NCBI GenBank assembly: GCA_049418765.1
Contig: JBMSJJ010000007.1
Location: 9,602-73,601, forward strand
Direction of reading: 5' to 3'
Source: Rickettsiales bacterium
GTDB taxonomy: Bacteria > Pseudomonadota > Alphaproteobacteria > Rickettsiales > UBA1997
DNA length: 64,000 nt
A model generated the notes under the pieces. That model was not told where the DNA came from. It saw only the letters and a list, made by a program, of their open reading frames with translations, and did not search any database. Below are positions 52,265-60,599 of this stretch, in pieces; the first letter of the stretch is position 1, and every line of letters begins with the position of its first letter. The translations under genes and the position numbers were made by a program.

Positions 52265-52924
52265 ATGTTAAATCAAGAATTTCTGCAAAAGGAAAAACTG
52301 TTTTTAAGTAAAAATAATTTGGTAAAAATTAACCCTGAAATTGGGGTGATAATTCAAGAAATTCCTTATGCTTCAAAGCATAATTTTACTAATACCCAGC
52401 TTTATAGTCATGGTTTTTTATATTTGCATATTGATGCATATAAAAACCTACTCAATGCCATAAAACTTGCCGACAAAAAAGGTTACATAATTAAAATTTT
52501 CGACTGCTTTCGACCATTTGAAATTCAGGATTTTATGGCAAATAATTTTCCAAGATTTGTCGAAGGAGGTTATGTTTCGCACCCAAGCGAAGGCGTGGCA
52601 ACTCATGTTAGGGGTATTGCAGTGGATTTAACTCTTCTTAATAAAAATGATTTAATGCCTTTAGATATGGGCTCTGACTTCGATGAAATGAGTGAAAAAT
52701 CACATCATAATTCGCCAAATATTTCTGCAGATGCCAAAAAAAACCGCAATATTTTGGCGGATATTATGATTAAATCGGGCTTTGAAATATATCCAAATGA
52801 GTGGTGGCATTACAATTTAAAAATATTTAAATATTTAAATGGCGAAATAGTTGGTGCAACCAAAAGGGCAGATAAAAAATATCCAAAAATAATGGATAAT
52901 TTTTCAGAATTATTAGCAATATAA
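52265..52924 (+). CDS. D-Ala-D-Ala dipeptidase (VanX/DdpX, M15D), copy 1
   Basis: FDCFRPFEIQ, Zn ligands in HVRGIAVDL (HxxGxAxD), MGSDFDE, and EWWHY (ExxH). Confidence 0.8.
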   Translation: MLNQEFLQKEKLFLSKNNLVKINPEIGVIIQEIPYASKHNFTNTQLYSHGFLYLHIDAYKNLLNAIKLADKKGYIIKIFDCFRPFEIQDFMANNFPRFVEGGYVSHPSEGVATHVRGIAVDLTLLNKNDLMPLDMGSDFDEMSEKSHHNSPNISADAKKNRNILADIMIKSGFEIYPNEWWHYNLKIFKYLNGEIVGATKRADKKYPKIMDNFSELLAI

Positions 52925-52935
52925 AATTAGAAATT

Positions 52936-53487
52936 ATGAATAATTTAGTCGAATTAAATACAAATAATTGCGATGCAATTTTTGATTTAAGATATGCAAG
53001 TAAAAATAATGTTTGTCAAAAAATATTATATGAAAAACCCTTATGCCTGCTACATCCAGAGGCTTTCGAAAAATTACAAATCGCAATAAAATATGCCAAG
53101 GATTTGGGCTATAAAATAAAAATTTTTGATGGCTATCGACCACTTGAAATTCAAAAATTCATGTATGATTTTTTTAAAAATAATTTGCAATATCAATCAT
53201 TTTTCTCTGACCCGCTAACCGGCTCTATTCCACATTGCAGAGGGGTTGCAATTGATTTAACATTATGTGATTTTAATGATAAAGAAATTGATATGGGAAG
53301 TGATTTTGATGAATTATCTGATTTAGCTCATCATAATTCCAAGAAAATTTCTCAAAAACAAAATTTAAATCGAAATATTTTACTTGGAATAATGACTTTT
53401 GCAGGCTTTGATTTTTACAAAAATGAATGGTGGCACTATCAATTATTTAATGCTAGAGCCTTTAAAATAGTGGATGTAAGAATATAA
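52936..53487 (+). CDS. D-Ala-D-Ala dipeptidase (VanX/DdpX, M15D), copy 2
   Basis: FDGYRPLEIQ, HCRGVAIDL, MGSDFDE and EWWHY. Paralogous to the upstream gene, roughly half the residues identical by eye. Confidence 0.8.
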   Translation: MNNLVELNTNNCDAIFDLRYASKNNVCQKILYEKPLCLLHPEAFEKLQIAIKYAKDLGYKIKIFDGYRPLEIQKFMYDFFKNNLQYQSFFSDPLTGSIPHCRGVAIDLTLCDFNDKEIDMGSDFDELSDLAHHNSKKISQKQNLNRNILLGIMTFAGFDFYKNEWWHYQLFNARAFKIVDVRI

Positions 53488-53644
53488 TTATTTTTGTAAA
53501 TTTTGGATTGTCCAAAAAAGAAACATCGCTTAAAGAAATTAAAAAATTATTTGACAATTTAAAAATATTCAAGAATATATCATAACTAAATATAAACAAA
53601 TTTAGATTTTTGTTTCATTAAAATTTAACTCAAGTATTTAAACT

Positions 53645-54439
53645 ATGAAAAAAACTTTTTCTTCAAAAAAATCAGCCTTCTCACTAATTGAATTATCAAT
53701 TGTGTTAATTATCATTGGTCTTTTAATTGCAGGTATTACTGGTGGTGCAAGTTTAATTAAAAGCTCCGAACTTCGTTCAGTTATGGGTGAAGCTAGAGGT
53801 TATGCAGTTTCTGTAAACTCTTTTTACACACAATATGACAGATATCCTGGAGATTCTGATACTGCCGTTGGATCAAATAGCAAGTGCGCCGGAGATAGAG
53901 ATAATATTATCGAATATTTAAATTCTACAACAACAAATAGCTGTTCAGAAGGTTTAGATGCTTGGAACGATCTTAAAGATATCGGTGCTATTGATTTAGC
54001 CTTAACTCTAACTACTTCAGAAACTGGAGATGGAGCCTCTGCTAAAGCTACAATTGGTTCAATGGTTCCAGTAACAAATGTTCCTGGTTCTAAAACAAAA
54101 GGAAATGGTTGGGCATTTGATAATATTTCTGTTGTTGATTCAGTTAATCAAAACTATGTTGTTCTTACCGGAGTTACTGTAGCTGGTAAAACCTTATTGA
54201 TCAATGATGCAACTACATTAAATAGAGCAGCTGCCCCAGCTTTATCAGCTCCAGATGCATTGTCAATTGATTCTAAGATTGATGACGGCACAACTAATGC
54301 TGGAAATATTAGAGGTTATGATGCCAATAATTCTGGAACTGCTACAGGTTGCAGAGATACAACTGCATCTAAATATAAAGTAAGCAACGGAACCACAAAA
54401 GTTTGTACATTGGCTTTCAGAGTTGATGTGAGCTCATAA
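53645..54439 (+). CDS. Type IV pilin / prepilin-type N-terminal methylation-domain protein
   Basis: MKKTFSSKKSA-FSLIELSIVLIIIGLLIAGI has a class III leader, Glu at +5 and a hydrophobic alpha1-N helix. The C-terminal Cys pair GCRDTTASKYKVSNGTTKVC forms a D-region-like loop. The gene is less AT-rich than its surroundings and ends in a strong terminator. Confidence 0.8.
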   Translation: MKKTFSSKKSAFSLIELSIVLIIIGLLIAGITGGASLIKSSELRSVMGEARGYAVSVNSFYTQYDRYPGDSDTAVGSNSKCAGDRDNIIEYLNSTTTNSCSEGLDAWNDLKDIGAIDLALTLTTSETGDGASAKATIGSMVPVTNVPGSKTKGNGWAFDNISVVDSVNQNYVVLTGVTVAGKTLLINDATTLNRAAAPALSAPDALSIDSKIDDGTTNAGNIRGYDANNSGTATGCRDTTASKYKVSNGTTKVCTLAFRVDVSS

Positions 54440-54466
54440 TAGGATTAATTAATTTTGTTAAAATAA

Positions 54467-54499
54467 CCCCGATATCTTCAATGATATCGGGGTTTTTTT
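54467..54499 (+). terminator. Rho-independent terminator of the pilin gene
   Basis: CCCCGATATC-TTCAAT-GATATCGGGG followed by TTTTTTT. Confidence 0.8.
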
Positions 54500-54521
54500 G
54501 TGATTTAAATATTTTAAAATT

Positions 54522-54812
54522 ATGCGACAGGATCTTCTAGTAAAATCATTGATAAATTTTCTAATCCCTATAATTTTCCTATATGGATTATTTTTTATGG
54601 CAGATTTATTTATGAAAAATGGGTTTTTTGCTATTGTCTATTGCTTTGTTTTAATCTTATTTGGATTAATGATGAACAATATAACGAGAAGTTTTGACAA
54701 TATAATTTCTATAAAATATCAACCTGATTTTATCAGCTTTTCATTTTCACTTCTCTCTTTTATCTATGTATTATTAATACTGATTTTGGTAACAGATTTA
54801 TTTAGTATCTAA
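54522..54812 (+). CDS. Hypothetical small membrane protein (3 predicted helices)
   Basis: 96-aa ORF, strongly hydrophobic, with its stop abutting the next ATG. I recognise no family. Confidence 0.45.
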   Translation: MRQDLLVKSLINFLIPIIFLYGLFFMADLFMKNGFFAIVYCFVLILFGLMMNNITRSFDNIISIKYQPDFISFSFSLLSFIYVLLILILVTDLFSI

Positions 54813-55400
54813 ATGCGCATTATTTTTATTGCCATAATTCTTCTTTCAATTTCATCTTGCAATAGCATTACCTATAAATTGTGGCATTCAAAGAGTTATG
54901 AAGATAATTTTAGGCATTTTTTGATAAATGGTAAATTCGGTTATATAGTTTTTTTGACTCCAAAATTTCACTATGTTTTTAATGATAATTCCAATTTATT
55001 AAAAAATATTTTAACATGGCAAGATCGAAGGGTTCTTTATATCGACACAGAAAATTCGAAATTAATATTAGATGATAATAATAAATTAGAAGGCGAGATT
55101 TTAATACGAAGTTTTTCCAATAATTTAATGCCAAATCGTGAACAATTTTTGTTTAATAATGGCTTCTTGCAAGATAAGGAGGGTTGGTATTTAAAAATTA
55201 GAATTTATGGAGAAAGATTTTTGGCAAGTAATAATTTTAGTGGATTATTACCGCAATTAGATTTAAGTTATAAAATGAAAATTATCGCCAAAAATAACAA
55301 TTTAGATAAAGTAAAATTTGCCTCCATTACCCCTTTAACACTTGGAGCAGACGGTATAATCCTTATTGGTAAAATTTTGTTATTTCCATTTCGCGACTAG
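54813..55400 (+). CDS. Hypothetical lipoprotein
   Basis: Lipobox LLSISSC. 195 aa. I recognise no family. Confidence 0.5.
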   Translation: MRIIFIAIILLSISSCNSITYKLWHSKSYEDNFRHFLINGKFGYIVFLTPKFHYVFNDNSNLLKNILTWQDRRVLYIDTENSKLILDDNNKLEGEILIRSFSNNLMPNREQFLFNNGFLQDKEGWYLKIRIYGERFLASNNFSGLLPQLDLSYKMKIIAKNNNLDKVKFASITPLTLGADGIILIGKILLFPFRD

Positions 55401-55402
55401 AT

Positions 55403-55687
55403 ATAATTTTAATTGATTTTATTGAGCAACAAATTTTACAAAAAATCGCTTTAAAAGAGGCTGTTATTCAAGCTGGGGTTTTAAGGTTTCGTCCTATGTT
55501 ATTAACGGCTTTGGCGGTAATATTTGGAAGCTTGGTCATGTTATCAGACCCAATTTTTAATGGTTTTGCAATTAGTTTAATTTTTGGGGAAATTGTGGCT
55601 ACTTTACTAAGTCGATTTTTAATTCCAATTTTGTATTTTTATTTAATTGGTAAAAAACGAGAACAAAAAATATTAATTAATTTATAA
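55403..55687 (+). pseudogene. C-terminal relic of an RND (AcrB/CzcA-type) efflux pump
   Basis: The frame reads [80 protein letters not shown]. This matches the ...RxRPIxMTxxxxxxGxxP... TM11-TM12 end of RND transporters. About 900 upstream codons are absent. Confidence 0.6.
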
Positions 55688-55762
55688 TTAATACTTTTTT
55701 TATTTAAAATTGATTTTTTATTCTCAGAATCCTAATATTATTTTTAATAAATTGTTTTAATT

Positions 55763-58102
55763 ATGTCACCTTTTTCACAAATAAAACCTAATTATCCTCT
55801 AAATTCCACTGATTTCAATTCGCAATTGCATTTGATGCATTTAGCAGTTGGTTTATTGCAAGCAAATGCCAGCCAAGAAGGTTTAAGGCTTAAAGCGAGA
55901 AAAGCATATAGAGATGGACGCGGTAAAGGTAATAGGGCTGGTGCTTGGGGTAGAGATCCAGTTAGGATATCGGAAATCCAAAAAATTACCACACCAACTG
56001 CAATTGTTAATTCGGATCAGGGTAATGAAGCAACATCCACCGAAACTGTTATAGCTTCTGAAACTTCAAAATCAAGCCTCAAAAGATTGTCAAAAGATGA
56101 GGTTAAAGAATATATAAAATCTGCTCGCCAAAATTCTTTATTTGTCGAAGGTGTGGATTTTTCTAAAATGGATTTGAGCGACCTTGATTTAAACCATTTA
56201 AGTTTTGGTAATTGTAATTTTTCTGGGGCAAAATTTCCTTCAATTGATGGTGTATTTTTTGACAATAGTTGTAACTTAGAGGGTTCGGATTTTAGTAATA
56301 TAACCATTGGTAAAGTCGATTTTGGCAGTGGAAATATTAGAAAAAATATGGATAATTTAATTTTGTTTTTAGGGCAAAACCACCTTCATATGAATGCCGA
56401 TATAGATAAAAACATTTCCTCCGTCCATTCAATTGAGTACTTTAAAGATTTTGGCTTTAAAACTCAAGATCAAACTGTTGCTGACATAACCGCTTTAGAC
56501 CAAGCTACAAGATTAAAAGTGCCAATTTTAAATCTTAAAAATGCTAATTTTTCTGGAACAAAATTTAACAATTTTTGGGCAATAAATGCAGATTTTACTA
56601 ATGCCAATTTTAAGGATGTAAAATTTAGGGTAAATCAAGGATATCCAGAAAACGGATTTAATAGCTTCGATCCATATTTAAACACTGGACTAAATCTTAA
56701 TGATGCAATATTTGAATTTTATAATAACCAAAATCAAAAAATTTATGAATCTGCAGGGGCTAAAATATTTAAAATTGAAGTCAATAAAGATTTAGAAGAA
56801 TTGTTAACTTGTAATCAAATAATATCAAATAAATTTTTAGAAAAAATGCAATCAGGTCAAGAAATTTTGGTTTTGATAAATGCTGATCTTGATGAGATAC
56901 CATATGGTCTTAAATTGCAAAATTTTGATTCTTCACAGAGTTATATCGAAATTCGAGATCAAGAAAAAATTAAAAAATTTGAAGCGAAAACAGTTGAATT
57001 GGCAAATAAATATTTTGAAAGATATAATATAAAATTTGTCACTAAAGAAATGCTTGGCGATAAAACAGCTGAAAAGGTCCTAAATTTGAATATGGTTAAG
57101 ACATCTTCATTAATTGCTGGAACTGATTTGTGCAGTTTTTTCAATTTAGGAAATAATGAACATAATGTTTTTATTAGTCCAGAAATAGCTGATAAAGATT
57201 TTGAATCTGTTTTTTTGCATGAAATGATGCATATGTTTTTTCAGCATCCAATTCAGCATCAAAGCTTATTATATCCTAGTAAAATATCCTACTTACAACC
57301 AATGGCACAAATATCAGATTCAAATGGACATTTTTTTGCTCAAAATATAATTCCAATTATTACCCCAACTATAGTGGATCAAAAATTATTGGAAGATTAT
57401 ATGAGTGCCCTTGGTAGAAAGCCAGTTATAAATGCAGATATAGAGCTTAAATATGATCCAGAAAAATTTGGAATTCAATCCTCATATAATCCAGATAAAA
57501 ATTTTCAAAATATCGCAAGTTTTTCATTTGAAAATTTTGATGAAAAAAATGAAATCATAATTATGAATGGACAGAAAGCATTGGCATATTGTGCTAATTT
57601 AGATCCCTACAATTGTGATTCAGCTAAAGGTCTAGAAGACTCTCAAGCAATTTTGATAATGAATAAGGAAACTGGAGCGGTAAGAACAATGTTTTTATTG
57701 TCGGGGGAAAATTCTAAAATTAAAATCGATGAACAAATTTATGATTTAAAAGATTTTATTGGAGAAAATATTTTTAGTATATTGCGAAAAAATGAACAAG
57801 GTGATATAGGTTTTGACAAGTACCAAGAAGCCACTTGCAATGAAGCGGGGTTTTTTTTAGAAAATAAAATCCTAAAAGGTCACGAAGATATTGAGAGAGA
57901 AAAATTAGACTCTCCAAAGCCAAAAATTATAGCGAAAAGCGAGGATGAATCTGCTAAGGATTTATTATATTTAATTGCAACCCAGCTTGGTATCAACTTA
58001 TCTTTAATCGCTAGTGGGGTAGCTTGCTATAAGGCTCGGAGAGGTTTGAAGGCAACACATTTATCAAGACCCGCTAATGCTGAAAGTACTCATTCGGTTT
58101 AA
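55763..58102 (+). CDS. Pentapeptide-repeat plus HExxH zincin-like protein, possible secreted effector
   Basis: 779 aa with no signal peptide. Pentapeptide blocks are VDFSKMDLSDLDLNHLSFGNCNFSGAKFPS...NLEGSDFSNITIGKVDFG and KNANFSGTKFNNFWAINADFTNANFKDVKF. HEMMHMFFQH lies at 57218-57247. A C-terminal hydrophobic segment LLYLIATQLGINLSLIASGVACY is followed by a basic tail. Confidence 0.75.
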   Translation: MSPFSQIKPNYPLNSTDFNSQLHLMHLAVGLLQANASQEGLRLKARKAYRDGRGKGNRAGAWGRDPVRISEIQKITTPTAIVNSDQGNEATSTETVIASETSKSSLKRLSKDEVKEYIKSARQNSLFVEGVDFSKMDLSDLDLNHLSFGNCNFSGAKFPSIDGVFFDNSCNLEGSDFSNITIGKVDFGSGNIRKNMDNLILFLGQNHLHMNADIDKNISSVHSIEYFKDFGFKTQDQTVADITALDQATRLKVPILNLKNANFSGTKFNNFWAINADFTNANFKDVKFRVNQGYPENGFNSFDPYLNTGLNLNDAIFEFYNNQNQKIYESAGAKIFKIEVNKDLEELLTCNQIISNKFLEKMQSGQEILVLINADLDEIPYGLKLQNFDSSQSYIEIRDQEKIKKFEAKTVELANKYFERYNIKFVTKEMLGDKTAEKVLNLNMVKTSSLIAGTDLCSFFNLGNNEHNVFISPEIADKDFESVFLHEMMHMFFQHPIQHQSLLYPSKISYLQPMAQISDSNGHFFAQNIIPIITPTIVDQKLLEDYMSALGRKPVINADIELKYDPEKFGIQSSYNPDKNFQNIASFSFENFDEKNEIIIMNGQKALAYCANLDPYNCDSAKGLEDSQAILIMNKETGAVRTMFLLSGENSKIKIDEQIYDLKDFIGENIFSILRKNEQGDIGFDKYQEATCNEAGFFLENKILKGHEDIEREKLDSPKPKIIAKSEDESAKDLLYLIATQLGINLSLIASGVACYKARRGLKATHLSRPANAESTHSV

Positions 58103-58393
58103 TTAAAATCCAAACCAGAGTTTTTCACTTTCATAGGTTAGTGGCTTTCCCATTCTTACCAAAATATATTTGGTTTTATACATATTTTTATTAGCATAAA
58201 TAACATCGCCAAAACGATAACAACCACCAAAAATTTTTCTGGCCTCTTCTTTGGAAAGCCAAACTCGGTAAGTTCCTAAGGAATCATAAAGCCTTTTGGC
58301 TTCTTCAGTATAGCTTGGTTCAACATGGCAAAAACCAATACAAGAATTTAGAAAAATTAGGATAATTATTGGTAAAAATTTATTTAATCGCAT
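58103..58393 (-). CDS. Hypothetical small lipoprotein
   Basis: The start at MRLNKFLPIIILIFLNSC (lipobox LNSC) overlaps the ubiE 3' end by 14 nt. No family recognised. Confidence 0.5.
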   Translation of the reverse strand: MRLNKFLPIIILIFLNSCIGFCHVEPSYTEEAKRLYDSLGTYRVWLSKEEARKIFGGCYRFGDVIYANKNMYKTKYILVRMGKPLTYESEKLWFGF

Positions 58394-59132
58394 AATGAAT
58401 TGCGCAAACTCCAAATGTTAAATTTTGATATTTTACATCACTAAAACCTTGTTTTTCGATGATTTTCTTAAAAGCTTTTTGGTCTTTGAATTTACGAATG
58501 CTTTCAACTAAATATTGATAAGACTCACCATCTTTTAATATAAATTCTCCCATTTTTGGAATAATTTTGAAAGAATAAGTATCGTAAATTTTTTGAAGAA
58601 ATAAATCCTCAACTTTTGAAAATTCTAGACAAATAAATTTACCACCTTTTTTTAAAACTCGAAAAGCTTCTTCAACCCCTTTTTCAACATTGGTAAAATT
58701 TCTAATGCCAAAAGCAATGGTAAAATAATCAAAGGTTTCGTCAGCAAATGGCAAATTTTCACCATCAGCGACTGTGAATTTTAAATTATTAAATAAGTTT
58801 TTGTCAATAGCTCTGGACCTTCCAACTTCAAGCATTTGCGGATTTATATCGACTAAATCGATTTGATAATTTAAGGATTTTTCATTGGCAATTTTGGCAA
58901 TTTTAAAGGCAATATCTCCAGTTCCTCCAGCGACATCGATAACTTTCATGTTGTCAAAAAAATCTAAATGTTTTATCATTAAGTTTTTCCAAAGGCGATG
59001 AGTGCCAGCGCTCATTACATCGTTCATTAAATCATATTTTTGGGCTACATTTGAAAAAATCTGCCCAACTAAATTGGCTTTTTGTGAAATATTAACCTCT
59101 TTAAAACCAAAATGAGTTTTGTTATTTTCCAT
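58380..59132 (-). CDS. ubiE: Ubiquinone/menaquinone C-methyltransferase
   Basis: THFGFKEV, VAQKYDLMNDVMS and the SAM motif VIDVAGGTGD. Confidence 0.93.
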   Translation of the reverse strand: MENNKTHFGFKEVNISQKANLVGQIFSNVAQKYDLMNDVMSAGTHRLWKNLMIKHLDFFDNMKVIDVAGGTGDIAFKIAKIANEKSLNYQIDLVDINPQMLEVGRSRAIDKNLFNNLKFTVADGENLPFADETFDYFTIAFGIRNFTNVEKGVEEAFRVLKKGGKFICLEFSKVEDLFLQKIYDTYSFKIIPKMGEFILKDGESYQYLVESIRKFKDQKAFKKIIEKQGFSDVKYQNLTFGVCAIHYAIK

Positions 59133-60168
59133 GTTTAAAACCGAAGATTATAATTTTAATTTACCAGAACATTTAATAGCTCAAGAACCCTTTAAGGATA
59201 AAGAGCGAACCCCGCTTTTAGTATTTAACAATAATCAAATTTTCGATAAAAAAATCGCCAATTTACTCGATTATGTGAAAATGGGTGATGTTATGATATT
59301 TAATCAAGTTAAGGTAATCAAGGCAAAATTAATTGGTACTATAAATTTTAGCGCCACAAAAATTAATATAAATCTTGACCAAGAGTTAGAAAATACTTGT
59401 TGGCAAGCTCTATGCAAGCCCGCAAAAAAAATTAAAACAGGTGATAAAATTTTTTTCGATAAGGAATTTTTTGCTGAAATTATTCATAAGGATATTGATG
59501 GATTTATCAAAATTAAATTTAATTTTGATGGTGAAAAATTGCTTAAAAATATTGAAAAATACGGTCAAGTTCCACTTCCGCCATATATTAAGCGCGATGA
59601 TACAAACAATAAAGGTGATGAAAAAAACTATCAAACAATTTATGCAAAAGATGGAATTGGAGTTGCGGCTCCTACTGCTGGATTGCATTTTACCGATAAT
59701 ATTTTAGAAAAATTAAAAGAAAAAAAAGTTAAATTAGTTTATCTTACTTTAAATGTTGGTGCCGGAACCTTTTTACCAGTTCGCACCGACAATATTTTGG
59801 AACATAAAATGCATAGTGAAAAATTTTATTTATCACAAGAAAATTGCGATATTATAAATCAAGCCAAGGCCAATGGCAATAAGATAATAGCTGTTGGCAC
59901 TACCTCGCTTCGAGCCTTGGAAGCGAGTGTTGATGAGTGCGGTTTATTACAGCCTCAAAATCGTTCTACCGATATTTTTATTTATCCGTCTTATAAATTT
60001 AAAATAGTTGATGTTTTAATGACCAATTTTCATTTGCCAAAATCGACGCTCTTCATGTTGATTTGTGCTTTTATTGGTTATGAAAATGCCTTTAAAATAT
60101 ATGATTACGCCATTAAAAATAATTATCGCTTTTATTCCTATGGAGATTCTTCTTTATTGATAAGGTGA
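59131..60168 (+). CDS. queA: S-adenosylmethionine:tRNA ribosyltransferase-isomerase
   Basis: YNFNLPEHLIAQEP, LPPYIKR, AAPTAGLHFT and GTTSLRALE. Alternative TTG start at 59119. TGA stop. Confidence 0.93.
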   Translation: MFKTEDYNFNLPEHLIAQEPFKDKERTPLLVFNNNQIFDKKIANLLDYVKMGDVMIFNQVKVIKAKLIGTINFSATKININLDQELENTCWQALCKPAKKIKTGDKIFFDKEFFAEIIHKDIDGFIKIKFNFDGEKLLKNIEKYGQVPLPPYIKRDDTNNKGDEKNYQTIYAKDGIGVAAPTAGLHFTDNILEKLKEKKVKLVYLTLNVGAGTFLPVRTDNILEHKMHSEKFYLSQENCDIINQAKANGNKIIAVGTTSLRALEASVDECGLLQPQNRSTDIFIYPSYKFKIVDVLMTNFHLPKSTLFMLICAFIGYENAFKIYDYAIKNNYRFYSYGDSSLLIR

Positions 60169-60169
60169 G

Positions 60170-60598
60170 TTATAAATTTTTCATAAAATGAAAACCGCGA
60201 ATATAAAAATTTTCTCCAAAATAAAGCGAGTGTGATTTTTTATTTTCAATATAAGAATCTAAAACCAATTTATCGCAATTCAGCTCTTTTGCTTTTTCTT
60301 CAAGATTTTGTAGAAGTTTTTTGCCAATTCCTTGCCCACGATATTTTTCAAGAACTATTAAGTTGCATGCTTGCAAAAATTTGCCACAATAAAACATTCT
60401 AGAAACTAAATAGCCAGAAACGCCAATCAAATCTTTATCTATATAGCCGGCAATCATTTTGTAGTCACTTAATTTTATCATTTCTTTGAGCTCTTTTGCA
60501 AATTCTTTTTCGCTAATTTTTGGATAAAATTGATGAATTAATGGGAACGCCTTAAGCATCTGGTTATAGGTGTTTAGGTCGCGAATTGATAAATCCAT
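60170..60598 (-). CDS. GNAT-family N-acetyltransferase
   Basis: Acetyl-CoA motif A: LIVLEKYRGQGIGKKLL. Confidence 0.8.
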   Translation of the reverse strand: MDLSIRDLNTYNQMLKAFPLIHQFYPKISEKEFAKELKEMIKLSDYKMIAGYIDKDLIGVSGYLVSRMFYCGKFLQACNLIVLEKYRGQGIGKKLLQNLEEKAKELNCDKLVLDSYIENKKSHSLYFGENFYIRGFHFMKNL

Positions 60599-60599
60599 T

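Noticed and set aside
58097-58108. Back-to-back stop codons forming TTTAATTAAA between the convergent 779-aa gene and the small lipoprotein gene.
   Set aside because: This is a trivial consequence of two TAA stops abutting. There is no hairpin or other structure, although it does mean there is no room for a terminator.
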